64,000 nt of DNA. Origin: Eledone cirrhosa (taxonomy: Eukaryota). Under the pieces are notes generated by a model. The model ran no database searches and was not told where the DNA came from. It was given only the letters and a program-made list of their open reading frames with translations. Below are positions 1 through 12,789 of this stretch, piece by piece. Position numbers and translations under genes: made by a program. The stretch spans positions 87,358,001-87,422,000 of the forward strand of contig OZ024745.1 of NCBI GenBank assembly GCA_964016885.1. The letters run 5' to 3'. Each line of letters opens with the position of its first letter. Positions within the stretch are counted from its first letter, which is position 1.

Positions 1-1625
1 TGTTCCTGTGGTGTGTTTTCTTTTTTTTCCTTTTAACTTTATGAAAGTGTCCCCCGCCCTCGTCTGACGACGAAGGGGGGTCGTCTTCCGTATTCGAGGA
101 GAGGGGTTCATTTTTAGCTCGTGTTTGTGGTGTGGGTGTTATTGTAGTTGTTTTCTGTGTGTGTGTGGGGGGGGGGGGTAGTTGTGTTTTAACTTGTGGT
201 GTTAGTTGTTTTTGTGGTGGTGGTGGAGGTTGTGTTGGTAGTGTTGTAGTTGTTGGTGTGGGCAAAATCGGTGTTTTTTGTTTGCTTGGGAACAGGCAGC
301 CCTCAGGTGACCTCTGCCACCACAGAGGTAACAAGCAGGTCGTCTACCCTCCACTGTGATGTGTAAGTAGGCAAGCGTATCCAGCAATATGCGGTTGGGG
401 ATCCTAGCAATTCGTTCTGGCTGCATTTGCACCTGAACTTGTAGGCTAGTTCCACCGAACACGTTGCTGGAAGACTTACCTACCGAAATTACTGCATCCT
501 CTTTCAAGTCGAGGAGGCCACACAGTACCGCCCAGAAATCAATATCTGGATCGATACTGTGTATGGTCAATTTTTGTGTTTTTCTTTCCAAATAAGTGGG
601 GAAGAAGGTAAATAAGGGGGACACAATTGGGGCCAGGGAATGTTTTTCGGCCGTCAATTTATCTTTCATTCGGATGGATAGACTACCGTAGAGTCTATCC
701 TTCCGAATGAATACAATGTTTTTCAGATGATCTTTTAAAGCCAGTTCAATCTCTGTCTGTGTGAGTTGTACTGGCTTACGCGTTTTGTTGGATATTGTCC
801 TATAAATAATAGTTTTTAAGCTATTTTCCTTTTTTAGCTCTAGGGAAGAATTTAAAAAAATTAGACCATTTTCCTCCAAAGTTATATACTTCCGTGCATT
901 TTCCATTTGCTGGGCCATATTCGAAATGTCAATAGGTTCGTACAGAATAGTTTCTTTTATGCTTTGCGCGAACGTCATTTTGTTCGCCCCCTCTCTGTTT
1001 ACATTTGTCGAAATGTGGTTTTCTTGTTTTTTGTTGTTACAATTTTCATATTTTGTTGTGTTTGTGTTATTTATGTTGGTGTATGCGTTCACATTCTTTT
1101 CCCCGTTGGGGTTAGACTCCATTTTTTTCAAAATGTTCACTTATATTTTCAGTATCCAAGAGACTTGTAGTCACAGCTACTAGTTCTCTTTTACCTTTGC
1201 TGGTGGTCGTGGCGCCGTGAAAAGTAGAAACGTCATCCATTAATGTTGGCAATTTCTCCGAGTCAATTTTTTCACATTTTTTTCATTAGGGTTAGGCTCC
1301 ATTTTTTCAATGTTTCTAATAATCATTATTCTTTCAGTAGGGAGGCATGTTGCCTCCGCTATCGGCTCTCCTTCAGTTTGTTTAGTGGGCGTGTCATCGT
1401 TACCTGTGGTAATGGCTTCCATTACCACTAGCGTAGAGACAATAACAAGATTTTTAGGATGAAAAATTTCACCCCGAAAGGGGTGAAATATAATAACCCT
1501 ATTGTCCGAAGACCCAGGCAAGGGGGTTAATTAACACAATAACGCAATTATACAGACAAACACTTACTGTTAACATGTAATATCTCCAATACTCGAGGAG
1601 CCGATGTGAAGAACGTCTATACCAT
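1..1625 (-). mobile_element. Tx1/L1-clade LINE, 5' UTR plus ORF1 (continues beyond window start)
   Basis: Contains the zinc-knuckle ORF 202-1140 and a basic stretch (TFIKVKRKKRK) at 1-60. It lies directly downstream of the 3' tail of a Tx1-like ORF2 fragment. Confidence 0.7.
202..1140 (-). CDS. LINE ORF1 / gag-like nucleic-acid-binding protein with CCHC zinc knuckle (probably frameshifted at both ends)
   Basis: 312-aa ORF with CYLCGGRGHLRAAC (CX2CX4HX4C) preceded by EGRRPA, typical of L1/Tx1 ORF1. Confidence 0.7.
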   Translation of the reverse strand: MNILKKMESNPNGEKNVNAYTNINNTNTTKYENCNNKKQENHISTNVNREGANKMTFAQSIKETILYEPIDISNMAQQMENARKYITLEENGLIFLNSSLELKKENSLKTIIYRTISNKTRKPVQLTQTEIELALKDHLKNIVFIRKDRLYGSLSIRMKDKLTAEKHSLAPIVSPLFTFFPTYLERKTQKLTIHSIDPDIDFWAVLCGLLDLKEDAVISVGKSSSNVFGGTSLQVQVQMQPERIARIPNRILLDTLAYLHITVEGRRPACYLCGGRGHLRAACSQANKKHRFCPHQQLQHYQHNLHHHHKNN

Positions 1626-2240
1626 CCGGAGATAGATAGATAGATAATTTTTTTATTAGCCACAAGGGCACAAAAGAAGGGGACAAATACAAATGGGGAG
1701 TTTACATACAGGTATATAAAAATCAAACTATTAATAAAACAACAAATAACAATTGAAATCCCCAATAGGGAGGAGGCGTTACACAAGGGTTGTACACACC
1801 CGGAAAAAATGTACAACCCTCATCTCCCTTCCTCACTTCCTCTTTTTCCTCAACCTACAGGCTTATATAGAGAGAGGCCCAACCGCTCGGGCCATCTTTG
1901 CCACATTCACCCACCTTTAATAATTTTTGCTGGGGTATAGCACCTCCCTCTCCATCCTGATTCTTCTTCCAAAATGATATTTGAAAAAACTAATCAGTTG
2001 TTGGCCGGAGAGAAAAGGTGTCTGACCTCAGCCCTTTTAACCTCGTCCACCATATAACCTCTTTCACCATAGCCATAACACATAGGAAAACCGCCTTTCC
2101 TTTGTTTTTGACGGAGGATGGCGGTTTGATCATAAAAATGGACTCGGTGGTCAACTGGATTGGTCCCACCCGCGCCGCGACAATAGTCGTTCTACATAGC
2201 CCCACAGGTCGGTAACGCCGATGCAGTGTACAAATGCGTG
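1626..2240 (-). mobile_element. 5'-truncated 3' end of a Tx1/L1-like LINE (ORF2 C-terminus, 3' UTR, AATAAA, (TATC)n tail)
   Basis: Minus strand reads HAFVHC (end of the ORF2 zinc finger) then VKEVIWWTRLK. It ends CTAATAAAAAAATTATCTATCTATCTATC, and a (GATA)n tract lies at the other flank (2241-2280). Confidence 0.7.
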
Positions 2241-2579
2241 TAGATAGATAGATAGAAATAGATAGATATAGATAGATAAATATATAGAGAGAGAGAAAGG
2301 GAGAGCAACAAATCGAGTTCAAAACGGAACTGAAGAACAAAGAAAATAAAGGAGTAGAAAAAATAGGCGAAGAATTGCAGTAAGAATTACTAATGAGACT
2401 GAAGAGAAATGAGTTAAAGATCTGAAACAAAGAACTGCTACAAGATTAATACATGGGAAAAGAAATAAAGCTAAAAAATGAAGCTAAAAGAAATGAAGCT
2501 AAAACAACAAAGAGAAATGCCGTGAGAAAATGAATAAGAACCACTGACAGAATGTAAGATAGCCTGAGGGTGATAGAAA

Positions 2580-2787
2580 TAATGTTTTCTGATTTAGACA
2601 CAAGGCCAGCAATGTTGGGGAGAGAGTTAAGTCGATTAAATCTACCCCAGTGCATCACTGGCACTTTATTTTATCGACCTACGTAGCGACGAAAGCCAAA
2701 GCTAATCTCAACTGGATTTGAGCGTAAAGAGACGTAATTATATGCCGCAAAGCACGTTGTCCAAGGCTCTACCGACACTGCCAATCC
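2580..2787 (-). mobile_element. tRNA-derived SINE (family A), diverged copy
   Basis: Reverse-complement similarity to the copy at 2976-3155. Confidence 0.7.
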
Positions 2788-2975
2788 AGTGCGTATAATA
2801 TTGGTTTCTTAAGTAGGCACAAGGACAACTTTTGGGGAGGGGAATGTCGATGAAATCCCTGACAAAGGGAATTTTAATCCCGAAATACTAGGACGAAAGA
2901 TACAAAGAAAAAAAAACTCCAAATATGACCAGATAACTAACTTTTTTGTTACTTTCATCTTACCGTCCATTTTGC

Positions 2976-3155
2976 GGCAGTATCAGTAGAGCGTCTGACG
3001 CCATGCTTTGCAGCAAAGAGTTACGGCCCTTAATGATCTGAGTTCAAATCCCGCCGAGGTTAACTTTGCCTTTCATCCCTACGGGGTCGATACAATAAAG
3101 TACCAGTAATACACTGGGATAATTGCTGGCCTTGTGCCAAAAGTAGAAACAATTG
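2976..3155 (+). mobile_element. tRNA-derived SINE (family A; resembles octopus OK/OR-type SINEs)
   Basis: A-box-like GGCAGTATCAGTAG, B box GAGTTCAAATCCC, body GCCTTTCATCC...GGGGTCGAT...GTACCAG, end CCAAAAGTAGAAACAATT. More than 10 copies in the window. Confidence 0.85.
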
Positions 3156-3566
3156 TTTTAGCCTTCTTACTTTCGCATTAAATATTTTAGCGTCTACGTT
3201 GTCTTGTAATGAATACATAAAATCTAACAAGTTTTACTTTAAAGTAGTCTGTTAATGAGTACAACGGAACACCGGAATAAGGGATTTATATTTCTTTCAT
3301 TTCAAGAATTGTTCACAACTTACATAATGTATAAGCAATACTGGTTAGACAGTCTTGACAATTGCAGCATTATAATATATAATATATATATATGTATATA
3401 TCAATTATATTAATACATGGAAACTATCTTTATAAAACCATATTTATTTTATTATATATATATATATATCAAATCAAACATATGTATACATATAACCCTC
3501 CATCCAGTGTTCTACTATTATATATATATACACACACGTATGTAACATATCATATATATATATCTC

Positions 3567-3630
<64 letters not shown>

Positions 3631-3640
3631 ATATATGTGT

Positions 3641-3672
<32 letters not shown>

Positions 3673-3935
3673 TAATAGACATATTGCTTGTTGAGTGTCT
3701 CACAATATGAGATAACAGTCTTTGTGTCGTTTGCAGTTTATCAACATATTGCCAAGCTGAAATATTTCATTTCAAGTTTTCAAATTCGCATTATTACATT
3801 GCTTCTAATATGTTAGTATTTCTATATTGAAATAAAAATTTTCTAATTAAATTATAAAAATCGTACACACACATACACATTACATAAGTCCTGTAATTTG
3901 TCATTCTAGCACTCAAAAGCTCCTCCCTATTTGTA

Positions 3936-3975
<40 letters not shown>

Positions 3976-3989
3976 GTATATACATAGGG

Positions 3990-4060
3990 AAGCTTTCCTG
4001 ATGATTTCTTTTAAATGAAAATCTTCTAGTTCTGTAGAAGCCATTTCTATATTAAACATG
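3990..4060 (+). ncRNA. Hammerhead-like motif in a short pLTR-like stub (second copy at 48209-48280)
   Basis: TTTC CTGATGA TTTCTTTTAAAT GAAA ... GTA GAAG. The ~70-nt block recurs at 48.2 kb, and both copies follow TA-rich tracts. Confidence 0.4.
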
Positions 4061-4109
4061 ATGTTTACGCTCTACTAATGTATTGTTACCCCCGATTGAA
4101 TCCGGGACT

Positions 4110-4198
<89 letters not shown>

Positions 4199-4199
4199 A

Positions 4200-4535
4200 A
4201 AAGGTAAACACAAATAGCAACACAATCGGTACAGTATATGGAAGGAATATATTAGGTTAACGCTTGAAATAGCAGGAAGAGGGTCTTAACGTTTGGGACG
4301 CTAGTCCTTCATCAGAAGAAAGAATGAGAAATAAGATAGATTGAAGGGACGGGCGAGGTAGAATTAGAAAAAATGTCTTTAGATAAAAATAACAGGTCCA
4401 TTCATGTTGACAGGGTGTGGTAAGATACCAGGTGGACCATAACGCACTAGAGCACTGGATACCTAGTATAGTAGTGGGAGTAATATGAAAAGTGTCAGGA
4501 CCCCGACGGCTCAGCTCCAGCCATTTCGACAGCTA
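4200..4535 (-). mobile_element. PLE pseudo-LTR fragment with degenerate minimal hammerhead (4284-4319)
   Basis: Minus strand TCTT CTGATGA AGGAC TAGC GTCC CAAA CGTT AAGA (GAAA changed to CAAA). 4420-4530 is related to 33588-33712. Flanked by microsatellites. Confidence 0.55.
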
Positions 4536-4542
4536 AATATAA

Positions 4543-4654
<112 letters not shown>

Positions 4655-5349
4655 TAATTTCAACAATGTCAGTATTCCGTGTGTCATAATTCTTGATTAT
4701 CATTGGTTCATAGGTTTCAAACGACTCCGCCCACCTCAACGACACCAAACTTAAATTAATATGCATGATGCCAATGAGGGAGTAAGAGGGGAGAGAGGGG
4801 CAAAGTGAGCGCTGTGTTTTGGATACACTATGTATATGTCAGTGTAGAGACATGTGTGTGTGTGTGATGTGTGTGGAAATAAGAGGGGAAGGAAAGCAAT
4901 AGCTATTAACATGTGTGTGTGTGTATGTACGTGCGCGTATGTTTATGTGTGTGGGCGTGCGTGTGCGCGTTTCCATGTGTGTATGTGTGTGTACGTGCGG
5001 CATCCCACAATCTCCAGGCAGTTTATCTGTCTGTGTGTCTGTCTGTTAGTCTAACATACACAGAGTTGTGAAGGGAGTAAATAAGGACCTTTTTTACATT
5101 GACGGACCTCTTTTATATCAATTATCTATATCTATATCTACATCTATCTATATATATATAAATGCAAGTTTACGATTCTGTGTGTCTGCCTAAAACTAGC
5201 AAACTACCGGACCAAACTCCTCAAAATTACGTGTACATATTCACTATACACTCGGACAGGTAACGGTCGAAAAAGGTTTACTTTGCAAAGCAAGGAATTC
5301 ATTTAAATTCAATTTATCTTATTTTCTAATGAATATGTTCTCCAGTCTG

Positions 5350-6060
5350 TAGATAAGGGAGTGGGGGATGGGAGAGAGAAAGAGATAGAGAGTAAGGGAT
5401 GAGAAAGAAAGAGAGAGAGAGTGGGAGATGGGAGAGAGAGTAAGGGGTTGAGAGAGAAAGAGAGAGAGTGAGTGGACGGGAGAGAGAGAGTAAGGGCATG
5501 TGAGAGAGAAAGAAAGAGAGTAAGGGATGAGAGAGAGAGAGTGGGAGATGGGAGAGAGAGAGTAAGGGGATGTGAGAGAGAGAGAAAGAAAGAGAGTAAG
5601 GGGATGAGAGAGAAAGACGATGAAAGAGAGATATGGAAAGTAACAAGTGTTATTAACTTTTATTTATTTATTACTTTTACACACTTTTTAACTCTCCCGC
5701 TTCCTTAACGTTATTTATCTTTTCTTTATTTTTTGTTCTCTATTCCGTAGAGAGGGGGGGGGGGAAACGAGAGAGAGAGAGAGTAATGGGATGGAAGAGA
5801 GAGAGAGAAAGTAGCAATGGTTCATTAACTTTTATTTATTTATTATTTTTACACACTTCTTAAATCTCCCAATGTTATTTATCTTTTATTTATTTTTTTT
5901 TTGCTATTGTGTAAGGGTGAGAGAGAGAAAGAAAGAGTGGAGATGAGAAAGAGAAAGAGAGTGAGGCGGATGGGGAGAAAAAGACAATGAAAAAAGAGAA
6001 AAGATGGGAGAGAGAAAAAAAGTAAAGAGGCAGGAGAAAGGGAGGGTGATTTGAGGGATT
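5350..6060. repeat. GA-rich low-complexity/minisatellite region
   Basis: Repeated GAGAGAGAGTAAGGG(G)ATG / GTGGGAGATGG units. Confidence 0.85.
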
Positions 6061-6274
6061 CTTTATCTAACGTGTGTCCGCGTTTATATATATATATATT
6101 TACACACACATATGTGTGTGTTATGGAAGGGGGAGGGGGGGGGGGGCGTTCTTAGCAGACGATATATGTTACCATCAAAGCTTATCTTTCTACATATGTC
6201 TAAAATTAATTACACCTAATATACATTCATATAAAGAGATCATTTAAAACAACTTTACTGAGTGAACAATACAT

Positions 6275-6560
6275 TCTATAGTTGTTTCTATTTCGGTAAG
6301 AGTGTGGTGTGTAATAATTGTTTCTACTTTTGGCACAAGGCCAGCAATTATTCCAGTCGATTACTGGTACTTTATTTTATCGTGTGGTGTGTAATAATTG
6401 TTTCTACTTTTGGCACAAGGCCTGCAATTACCAGTACATTACTGGTACTTTATTTTATCGACCCCGTAAGGATGAAAGGCAAAGTTAACCTCGGCGGGAT
6501 TTAAACTCAGAATGATAAGGGCCGTAACTCTATGCGTCAAAGCATGGCGTCCGACCTTCT
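6275..6560 (-). mobile_element. SINE family A with tandemly duplicated 3' end
   Basis: Full copy at ~6395-6560. GTGTGGTGTGTAATAATTGTTTCTACTTTTGGCACAAGG is repeated at 6302 and 6382. Confidence 0.8.
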
Positions 6561-6812
6561 ACCTGTAGTAAGACGCCTCACGCTCCTTGATAGAACAACG
6601 CCGGTTGAGAACGCCAGAAAGAAAAGACAGACAGCCACTGGACAGCCGACTGATCACACGCCAGAAACCAGCCTCTGTACAAAACCATTGTTTGTGCTAC
6701 ATCAAAAAATAAACGTATATTTCATCTCTAATTACTGCTGTTGAAATAATTATTATGTCACTCGTATCTCGATAACATCTATAACTAATACTGCTAAAGT
6801 GGTGACCCCGAC

Positions 6813-8521
6813 GTGATGATTTATACTGCCAATCCACAGGACGCAGCAATCACTCAAGTTACCAGCCAAATAAGACAATTATTTGCTATTATGCTCACAG
6901 CATGTGGAATTGATGAAGCTCTTCTACTCTGGCAGGAGTACAAAAATAATATGTCGGACGACTATCTACACCTAGCCCGAAGACAATATGTATATGGCAA
7001 TATGTATATGGAATATACCCCCAGGATTTACAATCAAGCTCTCTGTGACCTGTCCCATCAAGTTCAGGCAATGAATAGCATATTAGCTAACTGCGGGATG
7101 CCAGAGCCAGATGAAGAAATAGAGGTGGCACAATAGATTTTTCAGGAGACAAACTACGATATTAAAGCATTGCGCAAGTTTGTGGGTGAAAATGAACCTC
7201 GATTGATTGATGACCAGAAATACGCCTACCACAAAATCATCGAAAACATTCAAAATGACAGGGGAGGACTTTTCCTCCTCGATGTTCCTGCTGGAACAGG
7301 CAAGACATTCCTCATAAACCTCCTGCTTTCAAAACTTCACCAAAAGCAACATATTGCCCTTGCCGTGGCTTCAAGTGGCATTGCAGCAACACTTCTGGAT
7401 GGAAGAAGAACTGCACACTCCATGTTTAAGCTGCCCATAGATCTCACATGGCATGGACAATCTTTTTGCAACATCAAGAAGAACTCACCCAAGGGCAAGC
7501 TTCTGCAAACATGCAATATGATAATTTGGGATGAGGCTTCTATGAGCCATAAAGGAGCAATTGAAGCTTTGGACCGGACGATAAGGGATCTGAGGGAAAA
7601 TAGTTGCATAATAGGAGGAGTGACAATGGTTCTTGCTGGTGATTTCAGACAAACTCTGCCTGTAATTCTTCGAGGGACTCGAGCTGATCAAGTCAATGCC
7701 TCTCTGAAAACATCCTATCTCTGGCCCCACATTCAGCTGCTGAACCTTACAACCAACACGAAGGTATCAGTGAGTTTGCCATCCAACTACTTAAATTGGG
7801 AAATGGACTTCTGGAAAAGGACTCCAATGACCATATTCAGTTGTCATTTGGCCATAACCTTGACACAGAACAAGAACTGATTGCTAGAGTGTTTCCAAAC
7901 ATCCAGACTAGGCAATGTGATCCGAAATGGCTCTGTGAACGAGCAATCTTAGCACCTAAAAATGTTGCTGTGAAAGAAATCAACAGAAGGCTGCTGGAGA
8001 TGTTACCGGGAGAGAAAATATGCTACTAACCAGTTGACACAATCACTTCTCAAGACCAGGTTGTAAACTATCCAACTGAATTTTTGAACAGTCTTGAACA
8101 AGCGGGAATTCCTCCACACAACCTGATACTGAAGCTTGGAGCATCGGTTATGCTACATCGCAATCTGGATCTTCCAAAACTTTGTAATGGCACACAAGAC
8201 TCATCATCAAAAATATGATGTCCAATGTTCTAGAAGTTGCAATCATGTCAAGAAAATTTGCTGCTAGGTATTCCTAGAATATCTCTGAAGCCAACTGATT
8301 TGCCATTTGAATTTCAAAGACTTCAATTTCCAATCAGTCTCAGTTTTGCCATGACCATTAATAAATCTCAAGGGCAATCATTGAAAGTCGTTGGGTTGAA
8401 TCTGGCAGATCCTGTCTTTTCACACGGTCAACTCTATGTTGGCACAACAAGGGTTGGGAACCCTGATTGGCTCTTCATTGTGACACCACATTATGTTGTT
8501 TATCCAGAGGCTTTGGAATGA
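6813..8521 (+). pseudogene. Helitron RepHel PIF1-family (SF1B) helicase, disrupted by stops and frameshifts
   Basis: Walker A DVPAGTGKTF, ASSGIAATLL, IIWDEASM, GDFRQTLPV, ERAILAPKN, QFPISLSFAMTINKSQGQS, FSHGQLYV. Confidence 0.92.
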
Positions 8522-9453
8522 GCAATGTCGTAATTCCTCATTCAATGACAATACACACAGATCCTAATTCCTTAGTCATTTAGTTTGCAAGGAATTCTGA
8601 AGCCGCAAATTTACTACATGGTGTTGCTTTGGAAGAATATGCAGGCATTCCCGGGTACCTCTGCTATATAAAGTAGTATAAGTGAGGACTTTGTTGGATA
8701 GAAATAGCAGCCAAATTTCCTTCAAATCCCACCTTACTTTCTCAGGTATGTATATATGTATGAAGCAAAAAGGAACGATTCTATGTGATAACTCGATCTA
8801 CTAGAAATATTAGCAAAATCCATTTCAAATCACAAACAACTGTCTTACACACATACATGTGTGTGTATGTATCTCTGTACGTCATGTGAGCCACTATAAC
8901 TGTTGGGATAGCTAATAGAAATAGAAAACAAATCTCCCTCAAACAAGATCATACTGCCATAGAGGAAAGAGTGGTGAAAGCTACAGTGTACAGATTTAAA
9001 TACATTTTCCCCGAATTACAAAAATGAGTAAGTAAATGTTTCATTCAATCATAATCCAATGCTAAATTTATTTTCTTATTTTATTTATAGTTTTTAAAAT
9101 AGTCTTTACATGTTGTTTGAATTTCAGAGGTTCAGTTTGAGCACAAAAAAAAAGAAAGAAAAGGATAAACAAAAAAAATCTAAATGTATTTTTTTGGTCA
9201 TGCCCTTTTCACTGACAACATACTTAATGATTCATCTATGAGTAAAGCATTATATATGCTGACTGTAACAGGGAGCAGTATTCAAAAAATCACCACTGGA
9301 AAAAAAAAATTTTTTTTATCTAGATGATTTTCTTTGACCAAACGGCACTAAATATTCTGCTATAATTCCTACTTTGGTTAAAATTCAGCAATCATATTTG
9401 ATTGGTCAAATATTTTATAATGTGTGCCAAATATATTGTAACTTTCATAAACT

Positions 9454-9483
9454 ACCCGGGTATCACCGGGTAGGTCAGCTAGT
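9454..9483 (+). mobile_element. Helitron 3' terminus (hairpin + CTAG)
   Basis: CCCGGGTATCACCGGGTAGGTCAGCTAG followed by T. Confidence 0.55.
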
Positions 9484-9559
9484 ATAATATTGATTGGAAC
9501 TTCCATCATCCTTTTGAGAAACGTAGAACAACCACGTCTATGCAATGATACACGTTTTA

Positions 9560-9821
9560 CACTCAAGCAGAAGATGAACCATCTCCTATATGTCACTATT
9601 CTAGGTGGGGGCACCTAGAATTGTTCATATACTATGCACAAACGGTACAACGAAGAATCTGGTATATCTGGAAGATTTTTTTTACTGTTTTTTTTTATCA
9701 CACAGACACCACAGACTCGCCTCATACTGTAACCAGACAAACATCCAATACAGTCATTTTCTCTTTTACCTGTCTTCTCTTATTATCTGTTTACCCGGGC
9801 GAAGCTGGGTACGTCAGCTAG
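9560..9821 (+). mobile_element. Helitron 3' fragment
   Basis: Remnant of the helicase C-terminus (NGTTKNLVYLE), then ACCCGGGCGAAGCTGGGTACGTCAGCTAG followed by T. Confidence 0.6.
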
Positions 9822-11008
9822 TATATATTAATTTTATAATCACCAAAGATTCAAAGCATTATCAAACTGACAAATGTTTCTGCCGGCCTAGAATTTCCGC
9901 CCTTGTGTTATAGTATAACTTAAGCCGTAGGTGTCAATTCAGGATCGGTACCATCAGTGTTTATTAAAGACTTCTTTAATATTTCAAATATAGTAACAAT
10001 TCATTACATTAAAGCACTCATGAATCATTCATTATGGCAACAATTTACAGAAGTTTGCAGGAAATTAAAATAAAACCTTTTAAAATCTTAAAAATGTTAT
10101 ATATAGTGCAAATCGGGAAGGGCTTTTATTTCAGACCTGCCATATTAAAAATACAACTGCGATTAAATTTAATCTTAAATATTTAGGATATTTCAAGTTT
10201 TCTTTCGTGTTTTATATATTTGGTTTTATATATTTAACAATAGCGATCCTAAATCTATAAAACTATTAACGTTTCTAATCCATTACTGTCTATCTTCAGT
10301 ATAAGAATGATTATAATAAAGGCGAGTTGCATTGAAGTAGTAGCAAAGAATCGAGTTCTTTCTTAGAGATAGTAATACTATTAATATTTACTCTGAAACT
10401 ATTCTAGTACATACACACAGCTCTCCCCCTCTCTTTCTCACACATACACACATATATGGCTGTGTACCTGTGTGTCTGTGTATAATTATTTACATTTTAG
10501 GCTTGTTTGAATACATATGTAATTGGATCATTCGAAAAAAGATCGAACGAATTAATGTATTAAGGACAATAATATGTCGATTTTGGGGACATTGCCAAAG
10601 TATCCGACTTTGCTATATATCTATAGCCCTTCATGTACTATAGTATTTAATTGTGTTCATTATATTGGCACAATAGTCTGAATATCAACGAATACAGACC
10701 GATAATAACTTTCAACCCACTCTCTTTTAAGCAGCCACTTTGATGCTGAAACATTTATTGAAATGTCAATATTATCCTGATGGAAATTTGAATTGCAATT
10801 GAACAAGTTGGTATTTAGATTGATTCGTTTCTTCAAATTTTATTGCAACACATCGCTCGAACACATGTCCATACATCATATATTATTAAAATCATTTCAT
10901 CTGATTGGACAGTTCAGATCTAGATACGGATTAATATAAATATAGATATAAATATGAGTACTAAAGCAATTGCATATTACGTGCTAAAACACACAGATAT
11001 ATATACAC

Positions 11009-11135
<127 letters not shown>

Positions 11136-11488
11136 TCTGTATATATATGTGTGTGCGTATATATGTATTTATATTTTTTTGATATGTGAGAATCCAAACG
11201 CATAAAATAACAGTAGAAAACAGTTAATCGCCATAAATAATAATAAAAAAGCTTTAGAAAATCAGTCAAAATACTCTTAGGAAATTAGCACCAGGTTTTT
11301 ATTTATAGCGAGTTATTTTCTTATTTTCTGCATTTGGACTCCGATATTTCAAATTTTAAATCAGCCAAGCGCTTCGATAAATCATGTCCTCTCTCACTCT
11401 CTCTCTCTCTCTCTCTCTCTCTTACACCACGATGTTGCCGATACAATCACAGCCCCAGCTACCAATTAGGAAACACCCCATGATACAC

Positions 11489-11599
<111 letters not shown>

Positions 11600-11624
11600 C
11601 ATATACATATATATATATACATAT

Positions 11625-11742
11625 GTTGATGCCCTAAGGACAGACACTGGTCTGTTGGAGATGCAGGATATGGCAGCGATAATGAGGGACAGAGACCGCT
11701 GGAGAGAACTCGTCCATGGATCTCGGGAATTTTACCCGCCTT

Positions 11743-11743
<1 letters not shown>
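11625..11743 (+). mobile_element. Short 3' end of the RTE-like LINE family seen at 39208-40795
   Basis: Near-identical to the reverse complement of 39208-39325. Sits between (TA)n tracts. Confidence 0.85.
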
Positions 11744-11784
<41 letters not shown>

Positions 11785-11980
11785 CTAACGGCTTTCTTGT
11801 TTTTCCTTTTCATTTTCGTATTTTTGTGTCTTTGCTGGACATTCATTCTGTTTCTCCATTGTGATCCTGTCTATTTGTACTCTTGAAGAAGGGCTTAAGC
11901 CAGAACGTCGAACTTTCCTCTTTCCAATATAAAGCGTGAAACTACTAAGAATTTGTGTATGTCTGTTGTCTCCTTGCACT
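11785..11980 (+). mobile_element. PLE pseudo-LTR fragment with decayed hammerhead
   Basis: TTGAAGAAGGGCTTAAGCCAGAACGTC resembles CTGAAGAAGGGCTTATGCCTGAAACG at 48021 in the PLE 3' end. Flanked by (TA)n. Confidence 0.5.
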
Positions 11981-12521
11981 ATATATATATATATATATAT
12001 ATTAGAAAAAATGTAAAATGTTACTCCGTTTTCTAATATATACACTCTGCCTGTGCAAAGAGTGCTTTCTGTGGTACCAACACCTGTAATTCACTGAAGC
12101 ACCTACACGCACACACTATATATATAGAGAGAGAGATATAGATAAAGAGAAACCAAGGTTGTTAATTATAATTTGAACTTTAAACTCTACAAATATTTCA
12201 AAGGAGATAAGATCGGTATCGACACATGGAATTGATGACTTAATCAGTCAAAAGATTCATAATCAATAATTTAGGTGACACCAAATTACAGATTACTATT
12301 TCTCCGAGAAAAAAAAAAGATAGATATATTGATTCTCTTAACGCATCCATGAGAATAGAAAAACTAAAATAAAGCCAAGATTCCAAAGAGCGAATAAAGT
12401 ATATAGAGAATACTAAGTAAGTGATTTGCGTTACTAATAAGACATTAACTAGTACAATCATTAGAGGTGAAATTGCACCATATAGAAGCAGTCCTGTCAA
12501 CTCCCCCCGTCCGACTCAAAA

Positions 12522-12657
12522 ATCTCCCACCCACCCTAAAGTGGGCGGGAGATGTCATCTCTTGGGAGATCTCTCGCCCACTTTAGGGTGGGTGAGAGAT
12601 GTCTTCTCTTGGGAGATCTCCCACCCACTTTCGGGTGGGTAAGGTGTTATCTCTTGT
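12522..12657. repeat. ~47-bp tandem repeat (about 3 units), each unit a hairpin
   Basis: Units ATCTCCCACCCACCCTAAAGTGGGCGGGAGAT, ATCTCTCGCCCACTTTAGGGTGGGTGAGAGAT and ATCTCCCACCCACTTTCGGGTGGGT, joined by GTC(A/T)TCTCTTGGGAG. Confidence 0.8.
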
Positions 12658-12693
12658 GTAAATGGGTATAGCTTTCATTATGTAGAATCTCCC

Positions 12694-12789
12694 CGAGATT
12701 GACTTTACCTTTCATCCTTACGGGGTCGATAAAATAAAGTACCAGTACTGCACTGGGTAATTGCTGGCCTTGTGCCTAAAGTAGAAACA
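12694..12789 (+). mobile_element. 5'-truncated SINE family A with 17-bp target-site duplication
   Basis: ATTATGTAGAATCTCCC at 12677-12693 and 12790-12806. Confidence 0.85.

Larger units (their letters stand above)
5144..8668 (+). mobile_element. Internally deleted Helitron retaining the PIF1 helicase region
   Basis: 5' TCTATCTATATATATATAAATG...TGTGTGTCTG start, helicase ORFs, and 3' GCAGGCATTCCCGGGTACCTCTGCTA resembling the hairpin+CTAG ends at 9454, 9793 and 16369. Boundaries are inferred. Confidence 0.55.

Noticed and set aside
2976-3060. tRNA gene (A/B boxes)
   Set aside because: No cloverleaf. It is the head of a multi-copy SINE.
7170-7880. Host PIF1 gene
   Set aside because: Intronless, disrupted and followed by a Helitron-type terminus, so it is transposon-derived.
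8697-8960. Three degenerate TAGAAATAGCAGCCAAAT-like motifs
   Set aside because: Probably fragments of an old repeat, too diverged to classify.
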